DNA from: Octopus vulgaris
Lineage: Eukaryota
Length of the DNA stretch: 64,000 nt
Direction of reading: 5' to 3'
Assembly (NCBI GenBank): GCA_951406725.2
Contig: OX597835.1
Span: 10,292,001 to 10,356,000, forward strand
In this document: in pieces, positions 1-11,563 of the stretch
Numbering within the stretch: the first letter of the stretch is position 1
Layout: each line of letters begins with the position of its first letter
Translations under genes and position numbers: made by a program
Notes under the pieces: model-generated
Seen by the model: the letters and a program-made list of their open reading frames with translations, nothing else
Told to the model about the DNA's origin: nothing
Databases searched by the model: none

Positions 1-156
1 CAAAGAGATGATGTACCTATACATGGTCACAGACAGCATAGCACATGGTAAGAAGATGTGTCATTGCTCGTCTTCTTAACCATCAGAAACGGTTACAGCA
101 ATGTGAGGAATGTAGAACGAAAACAAAAGAAAACAAACATTACAAACAAATTCTAC

Positions 157-223
157 CTTGGAACTGCATGTTGCGCATCTCTTGCTCTTTCCGTTGCAAT
201 TCTGCTGCTTTTCTTTCCAGTTC
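157..223 (-). CDS. SCAMP: SCAMP internal coding exon: ELERKAAELQRKEQEMRNMQFQ(+1 nt)
   Basis: ttttaacag|GAA...CAAG|gtagaa. 67 nt, phase 0/1. Continues RRQE-ELERKAAEL, the conserved SCAMP coiled coil that precedes the NNWPP motif. The gene continues beyond position 1. Confidence 0.95.
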
Positions 224-1255
224 CTGTTAAAAATAAGAGAGAACTGTGAATGAGTGAGTCTTAAAAAACAATGTCTGAAAAAAAAAGACATCCTGACATT
301 AGTGACATTAGAAGTGAGAAGATTAGAGAAGAGGAATCTGAGAGACAAAGACAAATCTAATTTATGGCGGTGAAGGGGTTTACCCAGCTTGCCTTTATTA
401 CAGTTGGTAAGGAGCTGCATTATTTACTGCCAAAATGATTCCCTCGTTTCTTAATTAGGTAACACCTGATTTTCCCACGTAAAACATCACTAAACCACAA
501 TATACTTGTCTGAAGGTAATTCAAATAACAATGAAAAAAAAACACAAACAGACTGTTGCAGTAAGCAGTGTCAAAAATGGTGAGGTTACTACGCCTCATC
601 TCAACTTACATTCTGTGAGGCGGTGGAGGGGTTAACACTAATGAATCATCGTCATCATCATTTAATGTCCACTAGCACTATGACCCTGCGTTACCGGGTC
701 ATAATGCTAGTGCATGCATATACAGCTGCGTACGTGCACACATACATGCGAGTACTGTCCAAATCTTCAACCAATTACTTACAGCTAGCTGGCATTCAAT
801 TGGCGTATCAAGTTTCGGGCATTTCGATTGGGTTTTGGATAGAAAATTCACAAAAAAGTCACTTCTATTGATTTTTTAATGGCTTTGAGGGATGACTGGG
901 GAAATGTAAAGATGTGCATGACCACACTTGGACGGTTTTGAATGACCATAGAAAGTGCGAGCCCTCTAACTGAAAAATTGTGGATTTGTAAAAAGGACAT
1001 GCATAAACAGACATTTTGCCGTTTATACATATAGAGACTTTTGCACAGGTCAGATGGGATCTGTAGAAATGGATGTTCTAGGGCCGGATGCCCTTCCTGG
1101 TCACCAAACCTCACCTGTTTCCAGGTAAGGTAATATTTTCCCATGGCCAGACATGAATGCAGAGAATAAACAGATTGAGATTGTATTAAGAAGAGAAGAA
1201 ATAGGATTAGAGAGGTAAAATCATCATCATCAATATATATATATATATATATATA

Positions 1256-1378
1256 TTAATATTTAGCAGAAGTAATAGAGTGACTCAAGGTCTGAAAGTT
1301 TCGTGGGTTGGCACTTATCAAATTAGTTTGATAGATGCCAATACATGGAGTCATTCGGTTGCTTCTGCTATATATTAA
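1256..1378 (-). mobile_element. Short foldback with degenerate hammerhead-like core, probably Penelope-like element (PLE) derived
   Basis: Arms tagcagaagtaatagagtgactc (1264-1286) and gagtcattcggttgcttctgcta (1348-1370) are imperfect inverted repeats. The minus strand between them reads TTGATAA-GTG-ccaacc-CAC-GAAAC. Confidence 0.45.
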
Positions 1379-1439
1379 CAAAAATATACATATACTCGCA
1401 TTTCAAGTTATTTTTCCTGTTTGCACCAATATACTTATA

Positions 1440-1855
1440 TATTTTCTGTCATTTGACTGTGGCCATGCTGGAGCACCACCTTTAATCAAACAAATCGACT
1501 CCAGGACTTATTCTTCATAAGCCTAGTACTTATTCTATTGGTCTTTTGCCAGACCACTAAGTTATGGGGATGTAACAGGAGTGGCTGTGTGGTAAGTAGC
1601 TTGCTTACCAACCACATGGTTCTGGGTTCATTCCCACTGCGTGGCACCTAGGGCAAGTGTCTTCTACAATAGCCTCGGGCCGACCAAAGCCTTGTGAGTG
1701 GATTTGGTAGATGGAAACTGAAAGAAGCCCGTCGTGTATATATATATATATGTGTGTGTATGCTTGTGTATCTGTGTTTGTCCCCCAACATCGCTTGACA
1801 ACCGATAGTGATGTGATTACATCCCCGTAACTTAGCAGTTCGGCAAAAAGAGACC
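1440..1855. mobile_element. tRNA-derived SINE family A, rearranged: 3' part on minus (1440-1575) fused to head on plus (1576-1855)
   Basis: Head aggagtggctgtgtggtaag...gggttcattcccactg (A/B-box-like). The tail matches other family A copies. Confidence 0.85.
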
Positions 1856-1972
1856 GTGAAAGGTTGTGCATGCCTGAGGTGTCAGGTAATGCTGAGTAAG
1901 TGCTATGGACAGACCATAGATAAGCTCCAGGTTCGGTGATTATGCGAATAAGGAGTCCAACGTCTATATATA

Positions 1973-2126
1973 GACGGAGTGGTTGGCGTTAGGAAGGGCA
2001 TCCAGCTGTAGAAACACTGCCAGATCAGACTGGAGCCTGGAGCAGCCCCTAGCTCCCCAGACCCCGGTCGAACCGTCCAACCCGTGCTAGCGCGGAAAAC
2101 GGACGTTAAACGATGATGATGATGAT
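1973..2126 (+). mobile_element. Retroposon family D, 3' fragment with (GAT)n tail
   Basis: ggttggcgttaggaagggcatccagctgtagaaac...gaaaacggacgttaaacgatgatgat. Same sequence at 6947, 11560, 20895, 30124, 59985 and 61473. Confidence 0.85.
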
Positions 2127-2312
2127 ATATATATATAAATTTATAAACAAGGATAATATCGATATTTAAATATTGATATCATCAAGTGGCCAGCATGGGA
2201 AAAAATACCGTACAAAGGTAATTTTTTTTTACAACTAAAAATAAGGGTGTCTGAGAGACACCACCATGCCGAAATAGCAGTCAAAACCCTGACTTTATAT
2301 ATATATACATAT

Positions 2313-2543
2313 GTTTCTTTATTGCCCACAAGGGGCTAAACACAGAGGGGACAAACAAGGACAGACAAACAGATTAAGTCGATTACATCGACCCCAGTGC
2401 GTAACTGGTGCTTAATTTATCGACCCCGAAAGGATGAAAGGCAAAGTCGACCTCGGCGGAATTTGAACTCAGAACGTAAAGACAGACGCAATACCGCTAA
2501 GCATTTCGCCCGGTGTGCTAACGTTTCTACCAGCTCGCCGCCT
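2313..2543 (-). mobile_element. tRNA-like SINE family B, full length
   Basis: Head ggcggcgagctggtagaaacgttagc, B-box gagttcaaattcc, central gtcgactttgcctttcatcctttcggggtcgataaattaag, tail ...cccttgtgggcaataaagaaa. Confidence 0.9.
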
Positions 2544-2544
2544 T

Positions 2545-2591
<47 letters not shown>

Positions 2592-2593
2592 TT

Positions 2594-2628
<35 letters not shown>

Positions 2629-4151
2629 TTGAGGTAAGGTAATGAAACAGTTGTTTTACAGCTGGTTTATTGCTCCTTCTATGAATCACTACCAAGTGAC
2701 AGTAGCATTTTTTTTTCTTTTTCTTCTTTTCTTCTTTTTATTTATTTATTTTTTTTATTTTTTTTTTTTTTTTTTTTTGCAATAAGCCAGACAAGTCTAA
2801 CAAACAACATAGAAGATTTAATACTGATCTTGCAGGAGGTCACTTCCCAGATAGGCCTGGGCTGCTGGAACAATTCCCAGTAAGGAAGAGAGAAAGGAAA
2901 AACAATGGGGGGGGAAAAAAATAAAGGTGAGAGAGAGGGAGAGAGAGAGAGGAGGAGGGGGTAAAAACAAGAGTGCCTTGATCAAAGAGCAGAGACTCTA
3001 TGAGGCTAGGCTATGAAATTGAGTGACCACTCATGAAGCCACTGTCCTGCGTATGAGGTATGAGCGGCAAGAGGTGACAGTCATATTTTAATAAACGCAC
3101 ACAAAAGGTGAATACACCGTTGTACCTGATACAGTGAACAGGTGAGATTGGAGGGTGGTGGGAGGGTGGAGATAACATCAGTAGTAGTAGTAGTAGTAGT
3201 AATAATGGTATTAACTACAATACCGTCAAATAATGCTTAATCAATAAATAAATAAAATAAATAAATAAATAAAAAGGGGGGAATCCATCCGGAAGGAGGC
3301 AGAACTATTGATCTTCCGAGCAATGATACAGCAACATTGTTGACCGACATTTGCAAATGGACAAGAGGTAAGTAGGTTGGTAGATTGGTTGGTCAGATAG
3401 CCAGAGTCTAGTTTGTTGAGAGAGAGAGATAGAGAGAGAGAGACTGTAACTAGTATTGACTGCTGGCTAATGAAGTACTATCAGTAGAGAGTGGTGGGGT
3501 GAGGTAATTAGAGATTAGAGGAACAGATGACAAGAGAAAACAGTAGCAGATTAAAAACTGAAGCTAAAAACGGGAGCAACTATTTTTGTTTGTGTGTAAG
3601 GTTACACCACAGTGGCACTGGCCAGGCTAGATTGTCCCTTTGTCATGCATGTGTGTGTGTGTGTGGGTGGAGGGGGTAAGGGTACTCTTTATGCATTAGT
3701 TGAAATAAATTATTGTTATTATCAGCCTCTGGTCAGCTCCTAACACGGCAGACCTGTAATCAAAAGGGTTGCAGCCTTCACCATCCAGCTCCCCCCACCC
3801 CAACGCACTGCAGGCAAAGTCTATCTTAGACAATGTTATCTAATTCCATTTTGTTTTAGGGAGATTTAGCTGCTATTTCTACGAGGCTGAGCAACTATAT
3901 AGATCAATCATGAACAAACTATGGACTATGACAACTTTTTAAATAACACACCTCATGAAAAATTACCTTCTATCTTTCTTAGCGGTGCGGCCCACCTCAT
4001 GATGAGCCATGTCACATTTGGCCCACATTTCTCATGTGGCCCATTTCTTGTGAAAGGTTGTGCATGCCTGATATAGAAACTTCTTCAATAACCAAACTAA
4101 ATATATAAGTAACAAGTAGAAGAGGTCTAATTAAATGGTGCCATTACATGT

Positions 4152-4359
4152 TTAACCCTTTCGCTGCTGTATTTATTTTAAGATGCTCGGTGTTTCTTTC
4201 AATTAATTTTAAATATAACAAATAATTTAGTTATCATTCAGCTAGTGTTAGGAACATAAATTGTAACTAAAGTTTGGTGGAAGATTTTAATTATGAAAAC
4301 GAGACATTTGTACTCAGGGCCAGAGCCAGTTTCAGCCGGGTTGGTAACGAAAGGGTTAA
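4152..4359. mobile_element. TTAA-flanked MITE (piggyBac-like ends)
   Basis: TTAA-CCCTTTCG ... CGAAAGGG-TTAA terminal inverted repeats. Confidence 0.8.
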
Positions 4360-4399
4360 TCAATTTCACTTCAGCTGCCTTTCAAAGAAGAAACCCTTC

Positions 4400-4630
4400 A
4401 CTCTTTAGCATTTAAACTGGCCATCTCCAGCCCAAACATTTTATTTGTTTTATGTTCAAACAAGCCAGATCCGATCTCTCACACCTACCCTACAATGTCA
4501 TTCTAAAAATGCAACAATCACACTGGTTATTGAACTCACAAAGCTGTGAGATAAAGCATGATAGATCCAAAGCAATGTGAATGAAGAAGCATTACATTTG
4601 ACAGAGTAATCTGAAATGCTGAAGGGTTAA
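4400..4630. mobile_element. Second TTAA MITE family, slightly decayed left end
   Basis: ctctttagcatttaaactggcc...gctgaagggttaa. Homologous to 7690, 33130, 38509, 51575 and 55853. Confidence 0.7.
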
Positions 4631-4694
4631 AAGTAGAAACCCGATTGCTCTGTCAGGAACTAGTTACAACAATCAGACTTGTAATAGGTCTAAG

Positions 4695-5079
4695 TGGAGG
4701 CGTAATGGCCCAGTGGTTAGGGCAGCGGACTCGCGGTAATAGGATTGCGGTTTCGATTCTCAGATCGGGCGTTGTGAGTGTTTATTGAGCGAAAACACCT
4801 AAAAGCTCCACGAGGCTCCGGCAGGGGACGGTGGTGATCCCTGCTGTACTCTTTCACTACAACTTTCTCTCACTCTTACTTCCTGTTTCTGTTGTACCTG
4901 TATTTCAAAGGGCCAGCCTTGTCACTCTGTGTCACGCTGAATATCCCCGAGAACTACGTTAAGGGTGCACGTGTCTGCGAAGTGCTCAGACACTTACACG
5001 TTAATTTCACGAGCAGGCCGTTCCGTTGATTCAGATCAACCGGAACCCTCATCGTCGTAACCGACGGAGTGCTTCCATC
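4695..5079 (+). mobile_element. tRNA(Arg)-like SINE family C, tail type 1
   Basis: Head ggaggcgtaatggcccagtggttagggcagcggactcgcgg...gtttcgattc. Perfect 12-bp TSD aataggtctaag at 4683-4694 and 5080-5091. Confidence 0.9.
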
Positions 5080-5394
5080 AATAGGTCTAAGATGTTAATA
5101 TCATTATGTCTCTGTTTCTTTGGGAAGAAACTAAACAAAGCAGGGCCAATTCCTCTAGGTCTGATCTGAATGTACTTTTAATGAAAGCAGGTCTAAGCTG
5201 ATTCATTAGAATCCAGATGACAGTAATGGTTTATTTCCCATAGAAATTATCGTTATGTGGCCAGTGGTTGTGACACTAGACTGATGAACCATGGTTTACA
5301 GGTTCAAAACCATATACTTTTTGATATACATATCCCTTTACATGACACATAACTGTTTACCTACAGACAATATTTAGTCTATTTGGGTGTGCAC

Positions 5395-5900
5395 CTCTAA
5401 ACTCTGAGTTCAAATCCTATCAGAGCCAATTTCACCATTTGTTTCTTGGGGACTGATAAACTAATAAGCACAAATTGGACTGGACTGTATTGACTCTACT
5501 ACTACAAATATCTTCTTTCCTACTCTAGGTACAAGGTCAGAAATTTTGGGGGAGGGAGCCAGTCTATTAGATCGACTCCAGTACATAACTAGTACTTAAT
5601 TTATTGACCCCGAAAGGAAGAAAGGCAATGTAATCGACTTAATCCCTTCCTCCAAATTTGAGGCCTTGTGCTTCCAGGAGCAAGGATTATTATTATTATT
5701 ATTATTATTATTAAGTCAGTGAATGGCAAGGTTGCAAAATTATTAGCACAGTTGAGAAAATGTATTTCTTGCAATTCATTACATTCTAAGTTCAAATCCC
5801 ACTGGGGTTGAATTTGTCTTTCATCCTTTCAGGGACATTAAATTAAGTACCAGTTGAGCATTGAGGTCAATGTAATCCACTAATCCCTTCCCCTCAAAAA
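5395..5900. mobile_element. Cluster of decayed family B SINE fragments in both orientations
   Basis: Repeated ctgagttcaaat, ctttcatcctttc and aggccttgtgc motifs with (att)n tails. Confidence 0.65.
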
Positions 5901-6119
5901 TGCCCACTTATCTACAAAGTGGTGGCTTTGTTTTCTATGAACTGTTCCACGTCTCACCCAGGGGCCTCAAGTAACAGCAAGTTGGATGTTTTACTATGGG
6001 TGTTACTCATGGTTAGCAGCAATATGCCGTGTGGAAAGAATATCAGAATCTGACAAGATTCTGTTAAATTTGTGAATTTTTCAGTTTTGATAGAGTTTTA
6101 TGAGAATCAGGTGTTTTTA

Positions 6120-6320
6120 AGTTAACTTTTTAAGGATGTAGGCAATATCCATGAGAAAAATTTCTTTGTTTAGTTCTGGTGCCTTGGTATTTCTTGATAT
6201 TTGACCATAGTGTTTAAGAGTACCTTTTGGTATTGTCCCCAAAGCTCTGATGATTACAGGTAGAGTTGTTCTTACATAACACATTTTTGAGATTTCTATT
6301 TCAAGGTCTTTATATTTAAT
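6120..6320 (-). pseudogene. Non-LTR retrotransposon remnant, restriction-like endonuclease C-terminus (R4/Dong-like)
   Basis: KYKDLEIEISKM...LPVIIRALGTIPK...IAYILKKL resembles the KYxDLxxEI...PVVIGALG...TAxILRK pattern of RLE-bearing LINEs. Confidence 0.6.
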
Positions 6321-6376
6321 TACAGAGGTGTACTTGCATAGCAAGTGATTTGATCTGAGATCGTGTGCTGAAATGA

Positions 6377-6598
6377 AAACAATTCCAGCGTGGAAGGTGT
6401 TTGTAAGCCATTTAAGCAACACACAAAAAACCGTTCAATTCACTTCAACATTTAAGTTTAATTTGTCAAAATATTTTCGGCGCTTTAAGACCGCGACCTG
6501 TTCACTGACAAAAATTAAACTTAAATGTTGAAGTGAATCGAACGGCTTTTGTGTGTTTCTTAAATGGCTTACAAACACCTTCCACGCTGCAATTGTTT
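6377..6598. repeat. Long foldback: ~92-bp inverted arms, 37-nt loop
   Basis: 6377-6468 is the near-perfect reverse complement of 6506-6598. Confidence 0.95.
6463..6511 (-). ncRNA. Candidate minimal type I hammerhead ribozyme (G3-C8 core variant)
   Basis: Minus strand: UUGUCA-GUGAACA-GGUCGC-ggucuuaaa-GCGCC-GAA-AAUAUU-U-UGACAA. This gives helix I, core, helix II, GAAA, palindromic helix III and an NUH triplet. Confidence 0.6.
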
Positions 6599-6946
6599 AT
6601 ATTTAATTTTTCAAATACTTTTACAGAAGTGTTGTACTCTACATGGACTGATACATCTGTCAGCAGAAATGCTTTTGTCAACGTGAGTTTTTACCACAAT
6701 ATCTGGTCAATTGGCTTGTGTAGTGTGACCAGCTGTGGTTGTTAATAATAACAACAATAGTAATCCTTTCTATTATAGGCACAACACCTGAAGTTTTTTT
6801 TTTTGGGGGGGGGATAGTCAATTACATTGACCCCGAAAGGATGAAAGGCAAACCTCAGCGGAATTTGAACTCAGAACATGAAGATGGATAAAAAGCCCCT
6901 AAGCACTTTGCCAAGTGTGATAATGATGCTGCCAGCTTGCCACCTC

Positions 6947-7205
6947 ATCATCATCATTTAACGTCCGCTTTCCATGCTGGCATGGGTTGGACGGTTCAAC
7001 TGGGGTCTGGGAAGCCAGAAGGCTGCACCAGGTCCAGTCTGATCTGGCAGTGTTTCTACAGCTGGATGCTTCCTAACACCAACCACTCCGTGAGTGTAGT
7101 GGGTGCTTTTTATGTGCCACCCGCACAGGTGCCTGAAGAGGCTGGCAGACGGCCACGATCGAATGGTGCCAGCCTCATCTGGCACCTGTGCCGGTGGCAC
7201 ATAAA
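6947..7205 (-). mobile_element. Retroposon family D
   Basis: catcatcatcatttaacgtccgctttccatgctggcatgggttggacgg... homologous to the other D copies. Confidence 0.85.
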
Positions 7206-7360
7206 AATAATAATAATAATAATGTTGTGGGACTTTAACATTCCGACTGACAGAGTAATAGAAGCTAGAAGGCCTGATTTAGTAGTAGTAGTAGTAGATA
7301 AAGAGAATACAGTGTCAAATAATGAGAGAATCAATATGAGGTGTATAGATAAAAAAAAGG
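7205..7360 (+). pseudogene. RLE-type non-LTR retrotransposon remnant
   Basis: MLWDFNIPTDRVIEARRPDLVVV..DKEN matches the LWDFxIxTD...RPDxVxxDK (PD..D) nuclease motif. Confidence 0.65.
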
Positions 7361-7689
7361 TAAGTGCCAGGAGTTACCTGTTGAATTACTGAGACTATGA
7401 AAAGTGCAGGTAAAAACGTATCCCAAATAAATTGTGTGTAAATGTAGGCTTTTGGAAATGAACTATAAACAAAGAGAATGTGTACGAACTTGGTGACAGC
7501 TGACTGTTGATATTCAGAAACATTTAGACCAAAGATACTAAACAATTTTCGTTAAATTATACTAATTAGTTTAATGAGTTAATGAACTGAAAGCTACAAA
7601 AGAAAATTTGCACAAGAACAAGCTTTTTGCTAACATGACAAGCAAGGGTTTTTTCTCAACTTCATACGGTTGCCAGGCAGTTGTTTTGA

Positions 7690-8615
7690 TTAACCCTTTA
7701 GCGTTTAGACTGGCCACATCCAGCCCCAAATATTCCACCGGTTTTATGTTCAAACCAGCCAGATCTGGCCTCTCTCACCTACCCTACAATGTCACTGAAA
7801 TCTCAAAGATGCAAGATGATGCAGGATTAAATTCAAAACAACGTGAATAATAATAATAATAATAATAATAATGAAATTATTGTATACAGTTCTCAGGTGC
7901 ACCACAACTTGTCAGAGTATATGCAGTAATGTACAAATGTCTGGAAAGCGAACGATGCAGGAGTCAGATACATGCTTGCGTGTGTATGGAGGGGAGAAAA
8001 TCAGGTGTAGTGTTGGCGAATCTCAGAAAGCATGGAAGTTTTGAAGGATGCAGTGCTCCGACAACTAACAACTGATGCCGGCAGTTTGTTCCATGCTTCA
8101 GCAACTCTCAGCATGAAAAAATGTTTCCTGAAGTCATGGGAGCTGTGCTGTTTTCTGACTTTGTAAATATGTCCATGGGTGTTAGATGGGTGGAGTTTGA
8201 AAAGGTGCTCAGAGTTATTGTTTGATAATTTTATGGGTGTCTGCCAAGTCAGCTGCCAGACGTCGGAGTTTCAATGTGTCCATGCCCAGGGAAGTAAGGC
8301 GTTCAGGATATGGCAAATGCCTGATGGAGAGTATTCTTTTGGTTGCACGTCGCTGAACGGCTTCCAGACAATTGATATCCTGGGTAAGATAGGGGTTCCA
8401 GACCGGTGATGCAAATTCCAGGTGAGGTCTTACCATAGCTATATAAAGCCGCAGATAGATAATCAGAGAGCAGCTCACAAAGGATTTAGTGAGTGATGCC
8501 AAGACACCCTCAGCCTTTTTGACAATTTTAGCGATGTGTTTTGTCCAACGCAAATCACTGTCGACAATAACAACCAGGTCACGTTACAGAGTAACCTAAA
8601 TGCTTAAAGGGTTGA
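7690..8615. mobile_element. TTAA MITE split by a LINE insertion
   Basis: Left part ttaaccctttagcg... at 7690-7847 and right end acagagtaacctaaatgcttaaagggttga at ~8585-8615 together match the intact copy at 4400-4630. Confidence 0.75.
7848..8585 (-). mobile_element. CR1-clade LINE, 5'-truncated 3' end (ORF2 C-terminus, 3' UTR, (TTA)n tail)
   Basis: ORF 8215-8553 contains MVRPHLEFASPVWNPYL..DINCLEAVQRRATK...YPERL..LG..TLKLRR, a CR1-group motif. Tail at 7848-7872. Confidence 0.88.
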
Positions 8616-9233
8616 AGGATAGTTTACTGAGAGATCTAAGGGTTAAAACAAAATGACTTCAACACTATCCCTTCAAATATACTCCCACACTTACAACTTT
8701 CAACCTCAACAGTTGGAATTGTTACTCCTGGCTACCCTACCCTCATAGCATTCAAGTTCTTTACGTGAATATACAGCAAACAAATCTGAACATAATCTCT
8801 AGATATTTTAATCTTAGCAGATGTTCCAAATGGAGAAATCTCAGGATCTATAATCTACTCTGGTTATAATTTGTTTTGTGATTATAAAGACCAGTTTAAT
8901 ACTATTAGACTTTCAAAATACTAGCTATAACTAACAGCCGTTAGTAAAAAAGAACAATAAATCATATTTCTAAAACTGAAATTCTGTATGTTATTGCACC
9001 ATGTTCTTCATTGCACACTAAAATTTTATTGATAACCTTGCTAAACAGAAAAGGTGAGTAAAAACCCTAACACTTGCAGCACCAAAGCTGATGTAGGAAG
9101 TTAAACTATTTCTATGATAAATTTTCAGTTTCAAAGCAAAATCTTTGTATATTTAAAAGCAAATAATGATGTCCAATATTGGCACAAGACAATGGCAGGA
9201 ACTGGTGATTGTATTTATCTCAGTTCATATATA

Positions 9234-9615
9234 CTTTTTTACTTGTTTCAGTCATTTGACTGTGGCCATGCTGGAGCACCACCTTTTTAGTCGAGCAAAT
9301 CAACCCCAGGACTTATTCTTTGTAAGCCTAGTACTTATTCTATCGGTCTCTTTTGCCGAACCGCTAAGTGACGGAGACGTAAGCACACCAGCATCGGTTG
9401 TCAAGCGATGTTGGTGGGGACAAACACAGACACACAAACATATACACATACATATATACGACGAGCTTCTTTCAGTTTCCATCTACCAAATCCACTCACA
9501 AGGCTTTGGTCGGCCCGAGGCTATAGCAGAAGACACTTGCCCAAGGTGCCACGCAGTGGGACTGAACCCGGAACCATGTGGTTCGTAAGCAAGCTACTTA
9601 CCACACAGCCACTCA
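9234..9615 (-). mobile_element. SINE family A
   Basis: Near full-length match to 15133 and 43964. Confidence 0.9.
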
Positions 9616-10596
9616 TATGGGTAATTAATTTTGTTCACTCTCAAAGGATTGAAAGTAAAGTTGGCTCTAGCAGAATTTGATTTTAGAACACAAAAAAGCC
9701 ATCTAAATACTACAAGTAATCCAGTCCTACACCACCACAACAATAATACCTGGCTTCTCACCAGGTATTTTAGATAATCTTTCCTAATTTACAATGAGCA
9801 ATTGACTGGCTCTAATCTAATCCATTAATTATTTTCTTTGTGTTTCTCTATATTGCTAATGGAAAAAAAATAAATAAATAAATAAACAACTATAATTGGT
9901 ATACGAGAACTCATGTTACACTGAATTGCCATCACAGTTGTTAGCTTGGGACTAAGTTTATTGGCCTGACAAGTCATAACCTGGACTACAGACACCCCCA
10001 AATCTGTTGCTGTTCAAACTTTGAATACAAGAACATGTATTGAAATAGCAAACAACAACAACAACAACAATTATATTGAAACAACAAAAACAAAGGAAAT
10101 TATATTTTTGAAAATTATAAATATAACAAAACAGTGAATTTTTTGCGGCTGAATAGACCAATAACAATCCCTACCCCATCCCCACACACACATGGGAAAT
10201 ACAAAGGATATGTAGCATTTATCAAGCAACAGGGTAATCATTAAAGTTTCTACTTCCTTCAGTGTCATAAAAGACCAGGTGAGTCCATTGCATTTCTTAC
10301 TTCAGGCAATTGACACCTGGCTAAATGTACAGGTAACTCTTTTGGTTAACAACCCATATGAAACCACCCCTGGTTTTATGATGCAAACTTCTTTCTTTGA
10401 AGTGGCTTAAATTAAAACCTTCCATAAAAATCTCTCACGTCAATTTGTTTCAAACACCTGTTTTAATCACGACAAGTATTTTATTTCCATTCTTTGTCGT
10501 TTCCTAAATTAAGTGAAACTAGGGCAGTGTATTTCAGCGGAAAAACTGTAACGAACAGGATTAGGGGATTCAACTATAAATCAAAACTGAATCACA

Positions 10597-10795
10597 GACT
10601 CAACTTACTCGGAGGCTCGACTTGCTCAGAAGCTCGACTTGCTCAGAAGCTCGACTTGCTCAGAAGCTCGACTTGCTCAGAAGCTCGACTTGCTCAGAAG
10701 CTCGACTTGCTCAGAGGCTCGACCTACTCAGAGGCTCGACCTACTCAGAGGCTCGACCTACTCAGAGGCTCAACTCACTCAGAGGCTCAACTCAG
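10597..10795. repeat. 17-bp minisatellite, ~11-12 units
   Basis: gctcgacttgctcagaa/g x6, then gctcgacctactcagag x3, with degenerate units at both ends. Confidence 0.95.
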
Positions 10796-11523
10796 TGACA
10801 ACTTACCACCATTCCATAGTGGTCACTCCCATATATTTCATTAATTTTTTTAATTATTTAGTCCGAGAAGAAAGAGCAGCACTCTTACTCCTTGCAGTGA
10901 GGTGCAGCTTGACGCCATTGTGAAGAAATGTACCTAGACTGCAGCAGTCCTGGGTACAAAGAATAGAGCTAACAAATGCGATTAAGGCCCAGCAGCAGGA
11001 AAAACAAGGAAGTAAATTAAGTTTTCATTGGTGAAGGTGATACAGAGTTCTCGGAAACTGTTGTAGTAGCAGTAGACAAGAAAGAAGGAGTGTACATTAT
11101 GTTGGTGACCATGTGGCTGCACATAAATGGCTCTGGTGTCAGGCTTGACGATGAGCATTCCAGTGTCCAGTCAACAAAATAATTTGCCATTTCAAAAACA
11201 ATGTAATTCTCACACGGAATCAGCATTCGTCAAGGTTTGTAACAAAAATGGCCATCACAATTACAGTTACACTCCATCCAACAGATTTCCACACAATTTC
11301 TATTCAATTTCGGGTCAACCCAACAAAATCATAAGAGACAACCAAGCCTGCACCTACTGGTCATACTATTTCTTAGAACAGGGGTCCTCAGCCACTGAAC
11401 TGGACATGACTGGATATCAAACCAGATGGAAACAAGAGATTTTTAAAATTTCATTTCTATTCTACAGACTATTGCAGTCTGTTGGGTGTTTTTGCATTAT
11501 ATATGAATTATGTATGTTATATA

Positions 11524-11563
<40 letters not shown>

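Noticed and set aside
2835-3373. Plus-strand exon-like signals (cttgcag...CCCA|gtaagg; GAG|gtaagt at ~3368)
   Set aside because: No recognisable peptide or linked exons, and such motifs are expected by chance in 64 kb.
1856-4071. 22-bp exact repeat gtgaaaggttgtgcatgcctga at ~1856 and ~4050
   Set aside because: The intervening 2.2 kb has no element-like ends. Most likely two scraps of one repeat or a templated patch.
9166-9680. Recurrent ORFs with DTCPRCHAVGLNPEPCGW / RRHLPKVPRSGTEPGTMW
   Set aside because: Antisense translations of SINE family A, not a protein family.
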